Shown piece by piece: positions 33,927 to 42,711 of a stretch of 64,000 nt of DNA. Every line of letters begins with the position of its first letter. Within the stretch, counting starts at the first letter, position 1. The stretch comes from a bacterium (lineage in GTDB: Bacteria > Hinthialibacterota > Hinthialibacteria > Hinthialibacterales > Hinthialibacteraceae), in NCBI GenBank assembly GCA_963662285.2, contig CAXXMV010000002.1:608001-672000 (forward strand), written 5' to 3'. The notes under the pieces were generated by a model. The model was not told the DNA's origin and made no database searches. It saw nothing but the letters and a program-made list of their open reading frames with translations. The position numbers and the translations under genes are program-made.

Positions 33927-34030
33927 TCTATTCTCCTATTAATACACTTCTTAATTACTAATGTATACCCAAAACGCCCTTGCCGTATGACCTGCTAATC
34001 CCACGCTAAATTGATTACTAACGGGACCAG

Positions 34031-34123
34031 GCGTAGGGTGGGTTGGCCTTATCGACCCACCAAAAGACCACCCCCGATGCGCTATTGTCTCTAATGCTTT
34101 TGCCAGGAATTTACTTCTGATTC
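34031..34123. repeat. 93-bp direct repeat, copy 2 (REP hairpin plus WQKH gene end)
   Basis: Matches 29340-29432 with 2 mismatches. Confidence 0.9.
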
Positions 34124-35182
34124 AAGGTTGGTTATGCGGAATGAGACGTAATCTTGTTTTTCTATTAGATATGAGTCATCCCCCACCTTATGGGTGAAAT
34201 GGTATGGAGACTCATCAAAATCTACTTGTTCCAATGTTTCAGGATCATAGGCGCGGAATTTGTAAGAAATATTGTGGTCTGCGTCCGATACCATATCTCT
34301 GCACCAAATTTTGTTTCTCCAATAGCCGAATATGTTTTCTAGATAAACAGGGTAAGTCGCTATTTTCTCGAATGGTTCAACTGTATAGATGCATGTGTAT
34401 TCTTCATTGGTTTTATTATCACGTTTAGTACTGTATATCAATCCATCAGGTGTTACTATGCTATAGTATAAGAATGTATAATCATACTTTTCGATAACTT
34501 CTCCAGAATTTAAATCGATCTGCCAAGTCAATGGATTCTCTTTCATAGTGGGATCGAAATTATCATTCAATTTCATTGTTTCACACAATACTAATCGATC
34601 ATGTTTTTCATCAACTCCGATACTCATAAGTCGAAATGCATCATATCCGTATGATCCAATTATTTTACCGGATTTATCATATATGAACAGATGCGGTTTT
34701 TCATCATTCTCATCATGCCGGTAATTGATAAAAACAACTATATTATCCGTCCATTTGTAAACGCCCATTATTCTGCACCAATACCGCTCTACATATTTAA
34801 TGCTGCTTGGAGATAAATAAGGTTGAAAAATTTCAACCGAATAGTCCAATTCACCTGTAGCAATTGATAGAGATGTCAATATATTATCGTATCTCGTATT
34901 GAAAGAATGTGGATTATTTAAGGGTATATACCGATATACAGTTTCGAAACATGTCAAAGAATCATCTATGATGAGCGGGAAAGAAATATCATGATTATTT
35001 AGTTGATATCCGTCTTCACCTATATCTCCATGAAATGTGTATAGACGTGAGTTATCATCCCTGGTCATTTTCATAATCGATTTTGGATGAAATAAACGGG
35101 TTAAATCCGCCTGATGCAACTCTCCATTACATAAAACAGGCGTCAAAAAAATCAAGCACATAACTAAACATTTGATTTTCAT
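34091..35182 (-). CDS. Secreted hypothetical protein, paralog of 29400-30551
   Basis: Signal peptide, shared motifs and the tail ITNLESEVNSWQKH. Confidence 0.75.
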   Translation of the reverse strand: MKIKCLVMCLIFLTPVLCNGELHQADLTRLFHPKSIMKMTRDDNSRLYTFHGDIGEDGYQLNNHDISFPLIIDDSLTCFETVYRYIPLNNPHSFNTRYDNILTSLSIATGELDYSVEIFQPYLSPSSIKYVERYWCRIMGVYKWTDNIVVFINYRHDENDEKPHLFIYDKSGKIIGSYGYDAFRLMSIGVDEKHDRLVLCETMKLNDNFDPTMKENPLTWQIDLNSGEVIEKYDYTFLYYSIVTPDGLIYSTKRDNKTNEEYTCIYTVEPFEKIATYPVYLENIFGYWRNKIWCRDMVSDADHNISYKFRAYDPETLEQVDFDESPYHFTHKVGDDSYLIEKQDYVSFRITNLESEVNSWQKH

Positions 35183-35325
35183 TATTTCGTCTTTCCTTTA
35201 TCGTAGCAGTTCAGTCATATTGAATAATAATATAGACGAATAACCATGCAGAATTAATCACTCTGTGCGGATTTATGCTAAATTATAATCATATTTCGAT
35301 TGGGACTAACGAGATTGAATACTGA

Positions 35326-36087
35326 TCAACCCTTGAGATTGAGTCTGGGCCGGGGAGTTTGCGGGGGCTGCTGGTCTTTGCTGGTCTGCGTCGCTGGTGG
35401 GATATTGGCTGGAATGGCCGCGTTAGGAAATGGCGAATTGAATCCCGCAGCATTCGGCGCAGAGGCGCCAGGCATCGGGTTTTGCATGGCTGGAGAATTA
35501 GGCATAGTCATAATAGGACGTTGATAAGCTGCCTGCTGCATAGGCGAAACCGGATTGAGTGGTAGTTGTGATCCGGAAGATGTCCTCTGCATTCCCGCTG
35601 ATGGGAAATTTGATATTTTGGAATTCGAGGAATCATAGGAAGCGCGCTGATGGTTATTATTATTTGCCGGCTTCATCATTGCGATTGATTCTTCGCTGCC
35701 TTCTTCAATAAATTTCTCAACCGCTTTGCGCCACCCATCTTGAAGATCTTCAACAATGGGAATAACTTCATCAACCAACGATGCATCCTGCTTGATATTG
35801 GCTTTAACGAGATGGTGATAGACAAAGTCGTATACGCGCAGAAGGTTTTCAGCAAGTTCCCCACCCTTTTTAAGATCTAAAGCAACCATCAATTCAGTGA
35901 AAATGCGTTGTAACTTGGTAAGTTCAATATGCGCTTTTTCTATTTCCTTCTTCTCGATGGCTTTTTTTGACATATGCAATTTCTTGACCGCAGCATCGAA
36001 AATCATCAGCAACAGTTTTGGCTGACTGGCAGTTTCGATTTGCGTTTTCAAGTAATGCTGGTGCGGATTTGCTAATGGCGTCGCCAC
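35326..36087 (-). CDS. fliS: Flagellin export chaperone FliS with a long low-complexity C-terminal extension
   Basis: YLKTQIETASQPKLLLMIFD and GGELAENLLRVYDF...GW; follows fliD; GTG start with AAGGAGA RBS. Confidence 0.9.
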   Translation of the reverse strand: MATPLANPHQHYLKTQIETASQPKLLLMIFDAAVKKLHMSKKAIEKKEIEKAHIELTKLQRIFTELMVALDLKKGGELAENLLRVYDFVYHHLVKANIKQDASLVDEVIPIVEDLQDGWRKAVEKFIEEGSEESIAMMKPANNNNHQRASYDSSNSKISNFPSAGMQRTSSGSQLPLNPVSPMQQAAYQRPIMTMPNSPAMQNPMPGASAPNAAGFNSPFPNAAIPANIPPATQTSKDQQPPQTPRPRLNLKG

Positions 36088-36187
36088 GTATTGTCTCCTT
36101 CTCTAATAATTAATTAATCTTGTACAATATTCTAATCGATTTTCTTTTGGGTATTAAGAAAAATAATAATTAATCTAATTAATCTAA

Positions 36188-38524
36188 TTAATTATTACTT
36201 TCTAATTTCGATGATAATAATTGACTAACCTGCTGTGATTGAGAAAGCGTAACTTCCAAAGCCGTGTATTTTTTCCGCAGAGTCGCTTCCATTGCTTCAG
36301 ATCGTTGTTCATAACGGGTGATCTGACTGTTGAATAGTTCAATTTTTTCCTGAATCGCTTGAGACGCGGTGTTTATTCTGCCAACATCGTAAGCAGTAAA
36401 GTCTTTAAGAATATTACTGAAATATTCTCCAAAGCCGACGTTATCAGCCTGAATCAGGTTTTTTATTTTGCCGGGATCAGAATTCAACAGAGATTGTAGA
36501 TCACCGGAATTAAAAGAAAGCGTCCCTGCTGTTGTCAGAGAAATGCCAATAGCATCCAAACTTTGAGCTTGACTGGCGTAAATGGATGATCCCGCAATGT
36601 GGTCGCTAAACATATTCTTTTTGATGCCCAGGTCTTCTGCGGTGGTTCCACCGTTAACTTCTTCGATCTTGAATACTCCGGCGCCGCCGGATAAGTCGTT
36701 GATATTTATAGAGGTTCCACTTGTGCTAATTTCAGCCTTCACTTTAATATCATCGTTATAATTAATGGCATCAATTATATCTTGAACAGTACTCACTGTA
36801 TTCAAATCAATCGTAGCTGAAGCGCCTGTGCGGTCAGTAATTAGGATACTGCCTAGGTCGATGCCCGTTCCGTCGTTCAGTTCAGATACTTTTACGCCCG
36901 GAAGGTTTGGAATACTGCGACTGATGCCATTAGCTAGGGCTGATTCCAGTTCACGCATTGTAGAATCACCAAATAAAATACCATGCTTGCCGGAATCAGA
37001 ATCATAATAGGTTTGTTCACTGATGAAATTCGCAAGGGTGTTATAGGCATCGACAAATCCCTGAACAACCTCAGAAACATTAGTGAAATCTTCGCGAACA
37101 TTAATATTTACAATTTCAGAACCTTCATTTATGAGAGCAAGTGATACGCCTTCAACAAGGTCGGTGACTACATTGTTGAATCGATTAACAGTAATTCCAT
37201 TGTAAGTAAGTTGAGCGTTTTCACCAACCTGGTCGATATTATTAAATGTTCTATCAGCAATGCCTAAGGTTTGCAAAGCGCCTTGAGAATCAGCCAACAC
37301 GCCGACGCTTCCGGTAGAACTGTTTAGTTCAATTCGGTATACGCCATCAGCAGAGATTAATTGAGCGCTTATATCCGCTCCAGCAGCTGTGGATTCTGTA
37401 TTGATGCGGTCCACAATATCTTGAAGAGAATCAGTATCAAGATCGATATCCACATTAAATGAGTCAGATCCGTCACCGTCTTCTAGCGTTATGGTTGAAG
37501 TGGAGGTTGCATCAAGATTCATCAAATCACCGACGACAGTTGATGAGGACGAGAAAGCTGCGCTTTGGATTCCGCCCAGAACTCCCAGATCAAAGAGTAC
37601 ATTATCGGGATCACTAAATGTTTGTGGAATTCCTGTGCTGCTTTCAATCCGCAATCGTTCATCGCCATCTTCCATAATTACTGAAGCGGAGATGTTCGCG
37701 CCCGCTCCAGTTGAAGCGAGATTGATTTCGTCTGCTATATCCTGGAGGGTCATGCTAGCGGCATTTAGCGTTACAGAGAGTGAGTACTGCCCCCCGGCAT
37801 CGTTGACAGTGAAGGTTTCACCAGTATAGGTTTGATTCCAACCGACTGCAAATTTATCACCCAAAGCGCCCATGTTGTCAGCATTGACGGTGCGATCATA
37901 ACTAAGATCTGTAGGACTGGATGTCAGAAAGCCTAAATCTGTGAGGATGTTATCGCTGCCAACTTCGCGCAGTTCAATTTTATCGACGCCAGTAGTGCTT
38001 GCGCCGAAAACCAGTTTGTTCTGGTTGGGAGCAAGTTGCACAACAGATGCTTTAACGCCCGCATTGCTGGCATTGATCTGTGTGGCTATGGTCTGAAGCG
38101 AATCATCCGCTGCGACGGAGATGGTTCTTCCATTAATAATAAATTTACCGTCATAGTTTAGTTCATCATGACTGTTTACAAAAATATTAGATGAAATTTG
38201 ATCAGATTTTGCCAGATTATCTACCCGTACGCCAAAGTTGCCAATTGATGCCGAACTGGATACCGAAGCGGCGACAATGCTCTCATTGGAACTGGCAATA
38301 ACTTTGTTGTTGAACAGACTTGCCGAATTAAGCGCCGAGTTGGCTATTTCCAGATTGAGCAGATTAGCGTTAACTGCTTGCAGCGAAGTAAGTTTTTCGG
38401 TCTCTTCAGAAATGCGGTTTTCTGCTTGCTTTATTGGACCGCCAAACTGAACGTCGATAGTCGCCTCTATCAACTCGGTCGTGTTGAAGCCTGATATTAA
38501 TCCTTCTATAGCAAAGTTACTCAT
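36188..38524 (-). CDS. fliD: Flagellar filament cap protein
   Basis: GLISGFNTTELIE, VDNLAKS, FVDAYN, GILFGDS and LRKKYTALE. Confidence 0.93.
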   Translation of the reverse strand: MSNFAIEGLISGFNTTELIEATIDVQFGGPIKQAENRISEETEKLTSLQAVNANLLNLEIANSALNSASLFNNKVIASSNESIVAASVSSSASIGNFGVRVDNLAKSDQISSNIFVNSHDELNYDGKFIINGRTISVAADDSLQTIATQINASNAGVKASVVQLAPNQNKLVFGASTTGVDKIELREVGSDNILTDLGFLTSSPTDLSYDRTVNADNMGALGDKFAVGWNQTYTGETFTVNDAGGQYSLSVTLNAASMTLQDIADEINLASTGAGANISASVIMEDGDERLRIESSTGIPQTFSDPDNVLFDLGVLGGIQSAAFSSSSTVVGDLMNLDATSTSTITLEDGDGSDSFNVDIDLDTDSLQDIVDRINTESTAAGADISAQLISADGVYRIELNSSTGSVGVLADSQGALQTLGIADRTFNNIDQVGENAQLTYNGITVNRFNNVVTDLVEGVSLALINEGSEIVNINVREDFTNVSEVVQGFVDAYNTLANFISEQTYYDSDSGKHGILFGDSTMRELESALANGISRSIPNLPGVKVSELNDGTGIDLGSILITDRTGASATIDLNTVSTVQDIIDAINYNDDIKVKAEISTSGTSININDLSGGAGVFKIEEVNGGTTAEDLGIKKNMFSDHIAGSSIYASQAQSLDAIGISLTTAGTLSFNSGDLQSLLNSDPGKIKNLIQADNVGFGEYFSNILKDFTAYDVGRINTASQAIQEKIELFNSQITRYEQRSEAMEATLRKKYTALEVTLSQSQQVSQLLSSKLESNN

Positions 38525-38614
38525 CGTCCTATGTCCTTTTACCCATTTGGATTACAGACATCTAATAAATTGTAAAGTATTATTGCAACATAAATCAACT
38601 TATCCCTTGATCTA

Positions 38615-38642
38615 TTATCGACCGCGACAGTCTTAAGGTTAA
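38615..38642 (-). promoter_or_regulatory. Putative sigma-28 (FliA) promoter of fliD
   Basis: TTAA-N16-GTCGATAA on the minus strand, versus consensus TAAA-N15/16-GCCGATAA. Confidence 0.6.
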
Positions 38643-38892
38643 GCGTTATTTCCTTGTACAAAGGGCATGATTTTCTTGAATATTGCACATCAAACAGGCA
38701 AATCTTGCCTGTAAATGAACCGGAAAGATCAAAGCGATTAACCTGTATGTTCCAGGAATATATTGTTTGAAATTTAGTGTGCTTATTTTTCAATACTTAC
38801 GTTATGGAATCCTTTCACATTATCTTACGGTAACCTTTGGCATTAAATTGATTACGCAAAATAAGTTCCAATAATTAATAAAATAATTTATC

Positions 38893-38935
38893 AAAACAAA
38901 GGCTTCTCTCCAAAAATTAAAAATGGAGAGAAGCC
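38893..38935 (-). terminator. Intrinsic terminator after flaG
   Basis: GGCTTCTCTCCA...TGGAGAGAAGCC hairpin with a U-rich tail on the minus strand. Confidence 0.75.
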
Positions 38936-38968
38936 ATAGTTTTGATAAAATAGAGAACGTAATATTTT

Positions 38969-39385
38969 TTATAAATTTCTATCAAATAATACGCCAATAT
39001 TCTCTTTCAAGTTCTGGGAAATTTTTACCATTTCCTCACTAGGTATTTCACGTATAACCTCATCTGTTTCAGCATCAACCACTGATATTGCCACTCTTCC
39101 AGTATCTTGATTCGATGTAAAACGAATTTTCAGATTTTGATTAAACCGATTATTTTCAGATAATTGTTCTTTAGTCGAATCAGATACCTTGGATTCCTGA
39201 TAAAAACCAGAAAATCCTAGAGCGGCGACGAGAAAGTTTTGGCCGCTTTTGTTTTCAACCGGCTTCAAATCACCGGCTTCTTTCGGGTCGCCGACCGGAG
39301 CAGAATTTTTACTAAAACGCTCTGGCTGGCTAATAGATTCAGTGATGGGCAAAACAGGCTTGTATGCAGCAGCTTCGACCATCAT
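38969..39385 (-). CDS. flaG: Flagellar protein FlaG
   Basis: VVDAETDEVIREIPSEE...GVLFD signature; lies between fliC and fliD. Confidence 0.9.
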   Translation of the reverse strand: MMVEAAAYKPVLPITESISQPERFSKNSAPVGDPKEAGDLKPVENKSGQNFLVAALGFSGFYQESKVSDSTKEQLSENNRFNQNLKIRFTSNQDTGRVAISVVDAETDEVIREIPSEEMVKISQNLKENIGVLFDRNL

Positions 39386-39463
39386 GATCCACCATCCTTT
39401 CCAAAGGGATGCCTGTCGGGTGAATTTATCTTATGTAATAGCAAGCAAGCATCTAGGGAATAT

Positions 39464-39492
39464 CGGGAAGCGGGCAAAAGCCACGCTTCCCG
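39464..39492 (-). terminator. Stem-loop after fliC (terminator or mRNA stabiliser)
   Basis: CGGGAAGCG...CGCTTCCCG inverted repeat about 30 bp after the fliC stop. Confidence 0.55.
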
Positions 39493-39520
39493 GAATCTAA
39501 TTTACTGATTATCAAACGAA

Positions 39521-42073
39521 TTATCCAAGCAGCGATAAGAATCCCTGACTCTGGAAGTTCGCTTGCGCCAAAACAGATATACCTGCCTGCTGGAGAACCT
39601 GGCCCTTTGTGAACTGCGAAGTCTCGCGGGCGAAATCAGCGTCTCGAATTCTTGATTCGGATGCCGTCAGGTTTTCCGCCGAAACGCTTAAGTTATTGAT
39701 AGCCGATTCCATACGGTTCGTCGCCGCACCAAGAATGGAGCGCGTCTTGTTAACCTGCGAAAGCGCTTCATCAATGATTAGTATGGCTTCATTAGCGCCG
39801 TCAATGGAAGTGATATCAATATCAGAGATGGTTCTGCCGCTGCCTTCTCCGAAGCCCAGGTTAGTTGAAGTCAAGTCACCTATACTAGCCCTGAATGACT
39901 GAAATGCCTGGGCGCCGATGTGGAAGTTAAGAGAACTATTATTGGTCGAGACTAGAATAGTTGTTCCAGCATCAGGTAAACCATCAGTACGAGCAGTGAC
40001 GTCAATAATGTTATCGAAATCTACTGTAACGAATCGTGCAACTCCACGGTTTCCACCACTGTTACCATCGATAAAGACAACATCCTGATTACCATTTCCG
40101 AAGGTGACTTTCTCACCACCATTCAGCGTTCCGGTGAATTCTGCAGGGGTCGTCTCCAGTTTATCAGTTCCAGCAGATAAACCGCTACCGATGCGAAGAG
40201 TAACCATTGATTGGGGAACGCCTTCTTTAGTAGAATTTTGACCTTTGAGAGTAATGATATCGCCAGCTTCAGCGCGGACATCTTCGCCGCCTTCAATACG
40301 GAAAGTCGCCTGTTCTGCAAAACCTTCCTGCTTGAGCACGGCATCATCCTGGAAGGTGAAATTATCACGCGTAGTCGCGCTAGGCGCCCTTTGGAATGTC
40401 AGGGTGAAACTGGTTTGTGAATTTGATTTACCTACATCATCAATTACTTGAAGCGTCCCGCTTGAGGTAAATGTGAACATGGCGTCTTCAAATCTAGTTT
40501 GAACTCCATTTTCTGTTCCAACAAGACCCAAACTTTGATCATATCCACGCGATCTTGTGTTCAATTCTGCAATAAGGCCGGATACGCTGCCGAAACGGAA
40601 ATCGTTCAGGAGAGTGTCAGCCTGTGCATTCGTGACGCTATAATCAAACGTAAACGAACCTTCAAAAGTTGTCCCATCTGAGTTTGTTCCATGCAAAACC
40701 ATCATGTCGCCGTCTTGAATTGTGGTTCCACCGGTATAAACTCCACCAACGAACGTTCCATTCATGATCAACGCACTGGTACCTACTGCTGAGCCGCCAG
40801 ATTGAATTGATGTAGACCGGTTAATAACCGCGCCGGTGGCGTCACTGAAGACGATGCCGCTTTCTACAATACGTTGCTGAGCGGCCTGGACGTCTTTGAC
40901 CGTGATTTCAAATTGTCCAGTGCCAAAAGTTGATCCAGTGATTGCAGTGATAGAATTTCCAACCTGACCGATTCCTGACAAGTAGGATTGAACTCCGATT
41001 TCGCCAGAGCGGCTTACTCCTTTTGCTTGGGTAACAACATAATCACCCCGGACTAAGGTTATCGAGAGATCAGAATCATTGTGTAATTCAGCTTGAGATG
41101 TTAGCACTAAACGACCTAAATTATCTACAGTGCCTGCGCTAACTGTTGTTCTAAATGTGGTAGGAATGCTGGCGGTAGTTAGAGCACCGAATAAGGCTTT
41201 TTCAGCATTATCAATAGCGCCTTGTACAGCAGATGCCATATTGGCTACAGTTGTTGCCGCATCAACGCTTAAAGTGCCAGTAAACTTGGTGACGCCATCA
41301 GCCAGGACGCCTTCAAATACAAATGTATCGGCTGCAGCAACACTGACGCCATTGAAAAATTGAGCATCTATAGTGGCGGCGCCAGCAAGAGCACCAGCGA
41401 AATGCGAGTCACCAGAGAACATAGCCATGCTGACAGCGATATCGGTCTGATTACCGATGCCGGTGTTGATAACTTGGGGTTTTCCTGTGCCTTCTTCACC
41501 AGAGATAATCTGGCTTTGAGCATCCTTGGTTTTGATGATGTTGATGAAGGACTTTCCCGTAGCCAAGGTACTGGCAACTGGAGATGCATCAATCGACATG
41601 CCGATATTTTGCTGACCGTCAATTAATCCGGTAGAAATTGAAAAGTCGCCGTTCAAAAGAAAGTTGCTTCCGAATTGGGTTGTATTAGCGATTCGAGTGA
41701 CTTCGTCAATACTTTGGAAGACTTCATCCTGAAGGGCGCGTCGGGCTGGCATATCGTTGACGCCGGTGTTCGCTGCCTGGATGGCTAACTGACGAACACG
41801 ATTCAAACGAACTGTGGTTTCCTCGAGTGCTCCTTCAGCAACATTAATCAAGTTGATGCCATCAGAAGCATTGGTTATAGCCTGGTTTAAACCTTGAACC
41901 TGAGTACGCAGGTTGTTGGCGACGCTCAAACCGGCCGCGTCATCGCCTGCGCGGTTGATCCGGAGTCCTGAAGACAAACGCTCGATTGATTTCTGAATAG
42001 ATCGACCGGTTTTGTCTAAGTTACGGGTTGCATTAACTGCTGCGACATTATTTACAATTCTGGAAAGACTCAT
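39521..42073 (-). CDS. fliC: Flagellin (850 aa, large variable region)
   Basis: ERLSSGLRINRAGDDAAGL N-terminus and SRIRDADFARE...VLAQAN C-terminus. Confidence 0.97.
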   Translation of the reverse strand: MSLSRIVNNVAAVNATRNLDKTGRSIQKSIERLSSGLRINRAGDDAAGLSVANNLRTQVQGLNQAITNASDGINLINVAEGALEETTVRLNRVRQLAIQAANTGVNDMPARRALQDEVFQSIDEVTRIANTTQFGSNFLLNGDFSISTGLIDGQQNIGMSIDASPVASTLATGKSFINIIKTKDAQSQIISGEEGTGKPQVINTGIGNQTDIAVSMAMFSGDSHFAGALAGAATIDAQFFNGVSVAAADTFVFEGVLADGVTKFTGTLSVDAATTVANMASAVQGAIDNAEKALFGALTTASIPTTFRTTVSAGTVDNLGRLVLTSQAELHNDSDLSITLVRGDYVVTQAKGVSRSGEIGVQSYLSGIGQVGNSITAITGSTFGTGQFEITVKDVQAAQQRIVESGIVFSDATGAVINRSTSIQSGGSAVGTSALIMNGTFVGGVYTGGTTIQDGDMMVLHGTNSDGTTFEGSFTFDYSVTNAQADTLLNDFRFGSVSGLIAELNTRSRGYDQSLGLVGTENGVQTRFEDAMFTFTSSGTLQVIDDVGKSNSQTSFTLTFQRAPSATTRDNFTFQDDAVLKQEGFAEQATFRIEGGEDVRAEAGDIITLKGQNSTKEGVPQSMVTLRIGSGLSAGTDKLETTPAEFTGTLNGGEKVTFGNGNQDVVFIDGNSGGNRGVARFVTVDFDNIIDVTARTDGLPDAGTTILVSTNNSSLNFHIGAQAFQSFRASIGDLTSTNLGFGEGSGRTISDIDITSIDGANEAILIIDEALSQVNKTRSILGAATNRMESAINNLSVSAENLTASESRIRDADFARETSQFTKGQVLQQAGISVLAQANFQSQGFLSLLG

Positions 42074-42081
42074 TCTTCTTC

Positions 42082-42115
42082 CTCCTTGAAATCAGAATCC
42101 GGCATCCTTGCCGGA
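42082..42115 (-). promoter_or_regulatory. CsrA/RsmA-type binding hairpin plus SD-overlapping GGA site in the fliC leader
   Basis: mRNA UCCGGCA-AGGA-UGCCGGA (CAAGGAUG with GGA in the loop), followed by the AAGGAGG SD. Confidence 0.7.
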
Positions 42116-42450
42116 CTCAGCAGCCTTGGGTGCGATTTGGCCGCTAATTTGGGTGCTTTTTATTTTTATATCTTTGAAAATCAGAGGTTTGCCGCCTTGG
42201 AATCAGTGGTGCGAGCACTGTTTCCCGGCTTAGTTCTGATAATCGAGGGGATATTTACCCTCTTGATCATTTCCAGTTAATTAATTTGAGTCATTCTTAC
42301 CAGGGAGGTAACCTGGACGCATTATGAGGTGCGGATGACAGTTATGTTTAATTGATAACCTAGATGATCCTCCTTCCCTAACTATATTCTTGATATTCGA
42401 AATTAATCTTTTTGATTACACTCTTTGAGACTACGACTTGATCGTATTTA

Positions 42451-42478
42451 GTATCGTCAGTAGCACGAAAAATCTTGA
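42451..42478 (-). promoter_or_regulatory. Putative sigma-28 promoter of fliC
   Basis: TCAA-N16-GACGATAC on the minus strand. Confidence 0.6.
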
Positions 42479-42612
42479 GCCTTTTTAGATTTTGTTGCAA
42501 GAATTATGAATCATGCTGATTTTTATTGATTTGTGTTGTGGTTAGAGTGGTACTCAAAATCATATTCACTCAAAATCGCTTTTGGTTTTCGGAAAAGATT
42601 GAAAAAAATAAT

Positions 42613-42649
42613 AAAAAAACCTCTCGTCTTAGGGAAAAGGAGAGGTTTT
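42613..42649 (-). terminator. Intrinsic terminator after the MCP gene
   Basis: AAAACCTCTC...GAGAGGTTTT with a long U-tract on the minus strand. Confidence 0.7.
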
Positions 42650-42711
42650 AGGGAAAAGGAGAGATTTAATAATGGATATGGGAATACTATATTGTTTTTA
42701 AGCAAAACTCT

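Noticed and set aside
29340-34140. Diversity-generating retroelement TR/VR pair
   Set aside because: No reverse transcriptase; few mismatches, and those extending into coding sequence are not adenine-specific.
29340-35182. Integron cassette array (attC sites)
   Set aside because: The repeats lack RYYYAAC/GTTRRRY boxes, include coding gene ends, and no IntI tyrosine recombinase is in the window.
42086-42280. 64-aa + strand ORF upstream of fliC
   Set aside because: TTG start without RBS, no recognisable motif, and it overlaps the regulatory leader of fliC.
42074-42450. c-di-GMP-I/II riboswitch in the fliC leader
   Set aside because: A GGCAAAC-like piece is present but I could not assemble the full GEMM or class II consensus; needs an Infernal scan.
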